64,000 nt of DNA from an uncultured delta proteobacterium (GTDB taxonomy: Bacteria; Desulfobacterota; Desulfobacteria; Desulfobacterales; Desulfosalsimonadaceae). A model generated the notes under the pieces. The model saw only the letters and a program-made list of their open reading frames with translations, had not been told where the DNA came from and searched no databases. This document shows, one piece after another, positions 61,142-64,000 of the stretch. The stretch is taken from contig CAWGYD010000004.1 in the NCBI GenBank assembly GCA_963826785.1, positions 401,457 to 465,456 of the forward strand, given 5' to 3'. How positions within the stretch are numbered: position 1 is the first letter of the stretch; each line of letters opens with the position of its first letter. A program made the translations under genes and the position numbers.

Positions 61142-62092
61142 ATGAAAACATTCATCGCCAAACGCCTCTTCTACGCCCTCCTGATCCTTTTTCTAGTCTC
61201 CCTGCTAACCTTTTTTCTGGGACGGCTGAGAGACCCGGTGCAGGCCGCCTCGTTTTCCACCCGGATGGGGATGGCGGACCCGGAGGTGATCGAGGCCATC
61301 CGGGCCCAGTTCGGGTTGGACAAGCCGGTTTACGTCCAGTATTTCCTGTGGATCAAAAACTTTTTCCAGGGCGACTGGGGCATCTCCATGACCTACCGGG
61401 AGGATGTGATGGAGATGTTCATGGATCGGCTCCCCATCACCCTGGAGCTGTTTGCGGGTTCGGTCTTCTGGGCGGCGATCATCGGATTTCCCTTCGGCAT
61501 CCTCTCCGCTCTTCGCCGCAACACCTGGCTGGACGCCTCCCTGACCACCGGCGCCGTAATCGGCATCTCCATCCCGGTCTTCTGGCAGTCCATCGTCATG
61601 ATCTACCTGTTTGCCGTGGTCATCCATCTCTTTCCGCCCTCGGGGTATGTCCCGTTTTCGGAAAACCCCTGGGGGAACCTTTTGTCCGTGGCCATGCCCA
61701 CGTTCATCCTGGGGACCCACAGCGCCGGGCTCATCAGCCGCTATGTCCGGTCCAGCCTTCTGGAGGTCCTCGGCCAGGATTACATCCGCACGGCATATGC
61801 CAAGGGCCTTGGGGAGCGGGCCGTTCTGGTCCGGCATGCCCTCAAGCCTGCCCTGATCCCGGTGGTGACGGTCATCGGCATGGAATGGGGGTACGTGGTG
61901 GCCGGATCATTTATCATCGAATACATGTTCGCCATTCCGGGGCTGGGCCGCATGTGCCTGAATGCCATCTTTGCCGGAGATTTCCCCGTGATCCAGGCCA
62001 CGCTTATCCTGGTGGCCCTTAACATCATTGCCGTAAACCTGGCTGTGGATCTCTTGTACGGATACCTCGATCCGCGGGTGAGGGTGCAATGA
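61142..62092 (+). CDS. dppB: Dpp/Opp-type ABC permease B
   Basis: GLDKPVYVQY, RLPITLEL, QDYIRTAYAKGL and LYGYLDPRV. Confidence 0.93.
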   Translation: MKTFIAKRLFYALLILFLVSLLTFFLGRLRDPVQAASFSTRMGMADPEVIEAIRAQFGLDKPVYVQYFLWIKNFFQGDWGISMTYREDVMEMFMDRLPITLELFAGSVFWAAIIGFPFGILSALRRNTWLDASLTTGAVIGISIPVFWQSIVMIYLFAVVIHLFPPSGYVPFSENPWGNLLSVAMPTFILGTHSAGLISRYVRSSLLEVLGQDYIRTAYAKGLGERAVLVRHALKPALIPVVTVIGMEWGYVVAGSFIIEYMFAIPGLGRMCLNAIFAGDFPVIQATLILVALNIIAVNLAVDLLYGYLDPRVRVQ

Positions 62093-62931
62093 CGATCTCC
62101 GAGCGCACGGTTTTTGCCGCACTGGTGCGGCACAAGGTTGCCGTTGCGGGGATGGTCATCCTGGCCGCCCTGACCTTCATGACCGTTTTCGCCCCCTGGA
62201 TCGCCCCCTATGATCCGAACGAACAGGATCTCTACCACGTGCTGGAGGGCCCCACCCGGCAGCATCTGCTCGGGACCGACGATGTGGGCCGGGACCTGCT
62301 GTCCCGGGTGATTTTCGGTTCCCGGGTGACCCTTCTGATCGGCATCCTCTCCACCTTGTCCGCCGCAATGATCGGGGTGATTCTGGGCCTGGTGGCCGGA
62401 TACAAGGGAGGGGTTTCCGACATGATCATCATGCGCATTACCGACACCTTCATGAGCATGCCGCCGCTGATCCTGGTGCTGGTGATGGTGGCGGCCCTGG
62501 GGCCGGGCGCCAAAAGCCTGATCATCGCCATCACCGTGCTCACCTGGACCGGGTATACCCGGATCGTACGGGGCGAAGCCATGCGGGTGCGGGAACTCCC
62601 CTTCATCGAAGCGGCCCATGCCCTGGGGGCCTCCGAGTTCCGGATCATGTTCCGGCATCTCCTTCCCAACATCATGGCCCCCATCGTGGTGACCGCATCC
62701 ATCGCCATCGGGGTCAACATCATGCTGGAAAGCACGGTTTCCTTCCTCGGCCTGGGGGTGCAGCCCCCCATCCCCACCTGGGGAAACGAACTGCGGGTCG
62801 GCTATTCCTACCTGGAGGTGGTCCCCCTCTACTCCATGGCCCCCGGCCTGATGATCACCCTGGCGGTGCTGGCCTTCAATTTCATCGGGGACGGGCTGAG
62901 GGATGTGTTTGATCCACGGGTGAATGGATAG
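62089..62931 (+). CDS. dppC: Dpp/Opp-type ABC permease C
   Basis: HLLGTDDVGRDLLSR, FIEAAHALGAS and NFIGDGLRD. Confidence 0.93.
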   Translation: MTISERTVFAALVRHKVAVAGMVILAALTFMTVFAPWIAPYDPNEQDLYHVLEGPTRQHLLGTDDVGRDLLSRVIFGSRVTLLIGILSTLSAAMIGVILGLVAGYKGGVSDMIIMRITDTFMSMPPLILVLVMVAALGPGAKSLIIAITVLTWTGYTRIVRGEAMRVRELPFIEAAHALGASEFRIMFRHLLPNIMAPIVVTASIAIGVNIMLESTVSFLGLGVQPPIPTWGNELRVGYSYLEVVPLYSMAPGLMITLAVLAFNFIGDGLRDVFDPRVNG

Positions 62932-63160
62932 AAGCCAGGAGCCAGAATCCAGAATCCAGAATCCAGAAGGGGATGGCGAATATGAGAAAGGATGAATTAA
63001 AAAGGAAAGCCGCAAAGGAATTTCAGGATCTGATTGTCTGGCAGAAAGCGCATCAATTTGTCTTGTCCGTGTAAACTCTTTAGAGGGCTATCTTTCCGCT
63101 ATTCTGAATGACATTGTCTAAATTCTGGATTCCGGATTCTGGCTCCTGGATTCTGTTTCT
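62930..63160. mobile_element. Family C element: inverted heptamer arrays around a four-helix-bundle gene remnant
   Basis: AGAAGCC AGGAGCC (AGAATCC)3 ... TTCTGGA TTCCGGA TTCTGGC TCCTGGA TTCTG; fills the whole dppC-dppD gap. Confidence 0.8.
62982..63121 (+). pseudogene. Internally deleted four-helix-bundle (23S rRNA IVP/S23-like) gene
   Basis: MRKDELKRKAAKEFQDLIVWQKAHQFVLSV* (family N-terminal FxDLxVWQKA), followed in another frame by LEGYLSAILNDIV* (C-terminus-like). Confidence 0.8.
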
Positions 63161-64000
63161 ATGCTTTTACAAGTCAGAAATCTCAGCACCCATTTCCAAA
63201 CCCGCAGCGGTATTGTGAAAGCCGTCGACGATGTTTCGTTCGATCTGGACCAGGGCGAGGTCCTGGGCATCGTGGGGGAAAGCGGGTGCGGCAAGACGGT
63301 GACCGCATTGTCGCTGCTGCGCCTGATTCCCGATCCGCCGGGAAAAATCGCCGGCGGGGAGGTCCTGTTCAAAGGCCGGGATCTGCTGTCATTGCGCGAA
63401 AAGGAAATATGCGGCATCCGGGGCAACCGGATCGCCATGATCTTTCAGGAACCCATGACCGCGCTCAATCCGGTGCTGAGCGTGGGGCGCCAGGTCATGG
63501 AGCCGCTGATCCTGCACAGGGATGTTCGCCGGAAAGCAGCGGTCCGGGAATGCATCCGGCTGTTGAAACAGGTGCGCATACCCGATGCCGAAACCCGGCG
63601 CCATGCATACCCGCATCAGCTCTCCGGCGGGATGCGCCAGCGGGTCATGGTGGCCATGGGGCTTTCCTGCAACCCCGAGCTGATCATCGCGGACGAACCG
63701 ACCACCTCCCTGGATGTGACCCTCCAGGCAGAACTTCTGGCGTTCATGAAAGGGCTTACCCGGAGCCGGGGGACCGCCCTGATCCTCATCACCCACAACC
63801 TGGGGATCGTGGCGCGCTACGCCGACAAGGTGATGATCATGTATGCGGGCAGCATCATTGAAAAGGCGCCGACCCCGGCGCTCTACCGGGGGCCGCGCCA
63901 CCCCTACACGAAAGGCTTGCTGGCTTCTGTTCCCCGGCTGGACCGGGATATCCGGCAGAAGCTTCTCCCCATTGAGGGGCAGCCCCCGGACCTGGCGGAT
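63161..64000 (+). CDS. dppD: Dpp/Opp-type ABC ATPase (runs off the window)
   Basis: Hand translation MLLQVRNLSTHF...GIVGESGCGKT...MIFQEPMTALNP...LSGGMRQR...IIADEPTT...HPYT. Confidence 0.95.
   Translation, partial: MLLQVRNLSTHFQTRSGIVKAVDDVSFDLDQGEVLGIVGESGCGKTVTALSLLRLIPDPPGKIAGGEVLFKGRDLLSLREKEICGIRGNRIAMIFQEPMTALNPVLSVGRQVMEPLILHRDVRRKAAVRECIRLLKQVRIPDAETRRHAYPHQLSGGMRQRVMVAMGLSCNPELIIADEPTTSLDVTLQAELLAFMKGLTRSRGTALILITHNLGIVARYADKVMIMYAGSIIEKAPTPALYRGPRHPYTKGLLASVPRLDRDIRQKLLPIEGQPPDLAD

Noticed and set aside
62982..63121. Avd accessory gene of a diversity-generating retroelement
   Set aside because: The fold family is related, but there is no reverse transcriptase and no adenine-variant TR/VR pair in the window; the remnant is explained by the heptamer-flanked element.

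Overview
GC-rich chromosomal segment, most likely from a sulfate-reducing deltaproteobacterium (Desulfobacterales-like; inferred from a complete hmcABCDEF operon with a 16-heme HmcA). Left to right it contains: the start of a complex I operon (nuoA, a CBS-domain gene, nuoB, fused nuoCD; minus strand); assorted metabolic genes; a small defence/accessory patch (decayed type I RM hsdM'/hsdR' around an intact RhuM-Fic/Doc gene, then a four-gene Wadjet/JetABCD-like SMC-Toprim operon with non-canonical ATPase motifs); eptA-like pEtN transferase plus MFS; the hmc operon; a MazE/PemK TA pair; an acetyl-CoA synthetase acetylation cluster (CoA-transferase-GNAT fusion, acs, deacetylase, second acs-like gene); a PTS-EIIA/PII-like/ADC/MBL run; nfeD-nfeD-floA-yqfB-like; a secreted DxDxDG-repeat protein followed by exbB-exbD-tonB-cooC; an aminotransferase; a frameshifted ankyrin lipoprotein, a TatT lipoprotein and a Dpp/Opp-type ABC transporter. 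At least four kinds of small palindromic or tandem repeat elements sit inside operon junctions. I found no CRISPR array, rRNA, tRNA, integrase or transposase. All family calls come from motifs read by eye, not from database searches.
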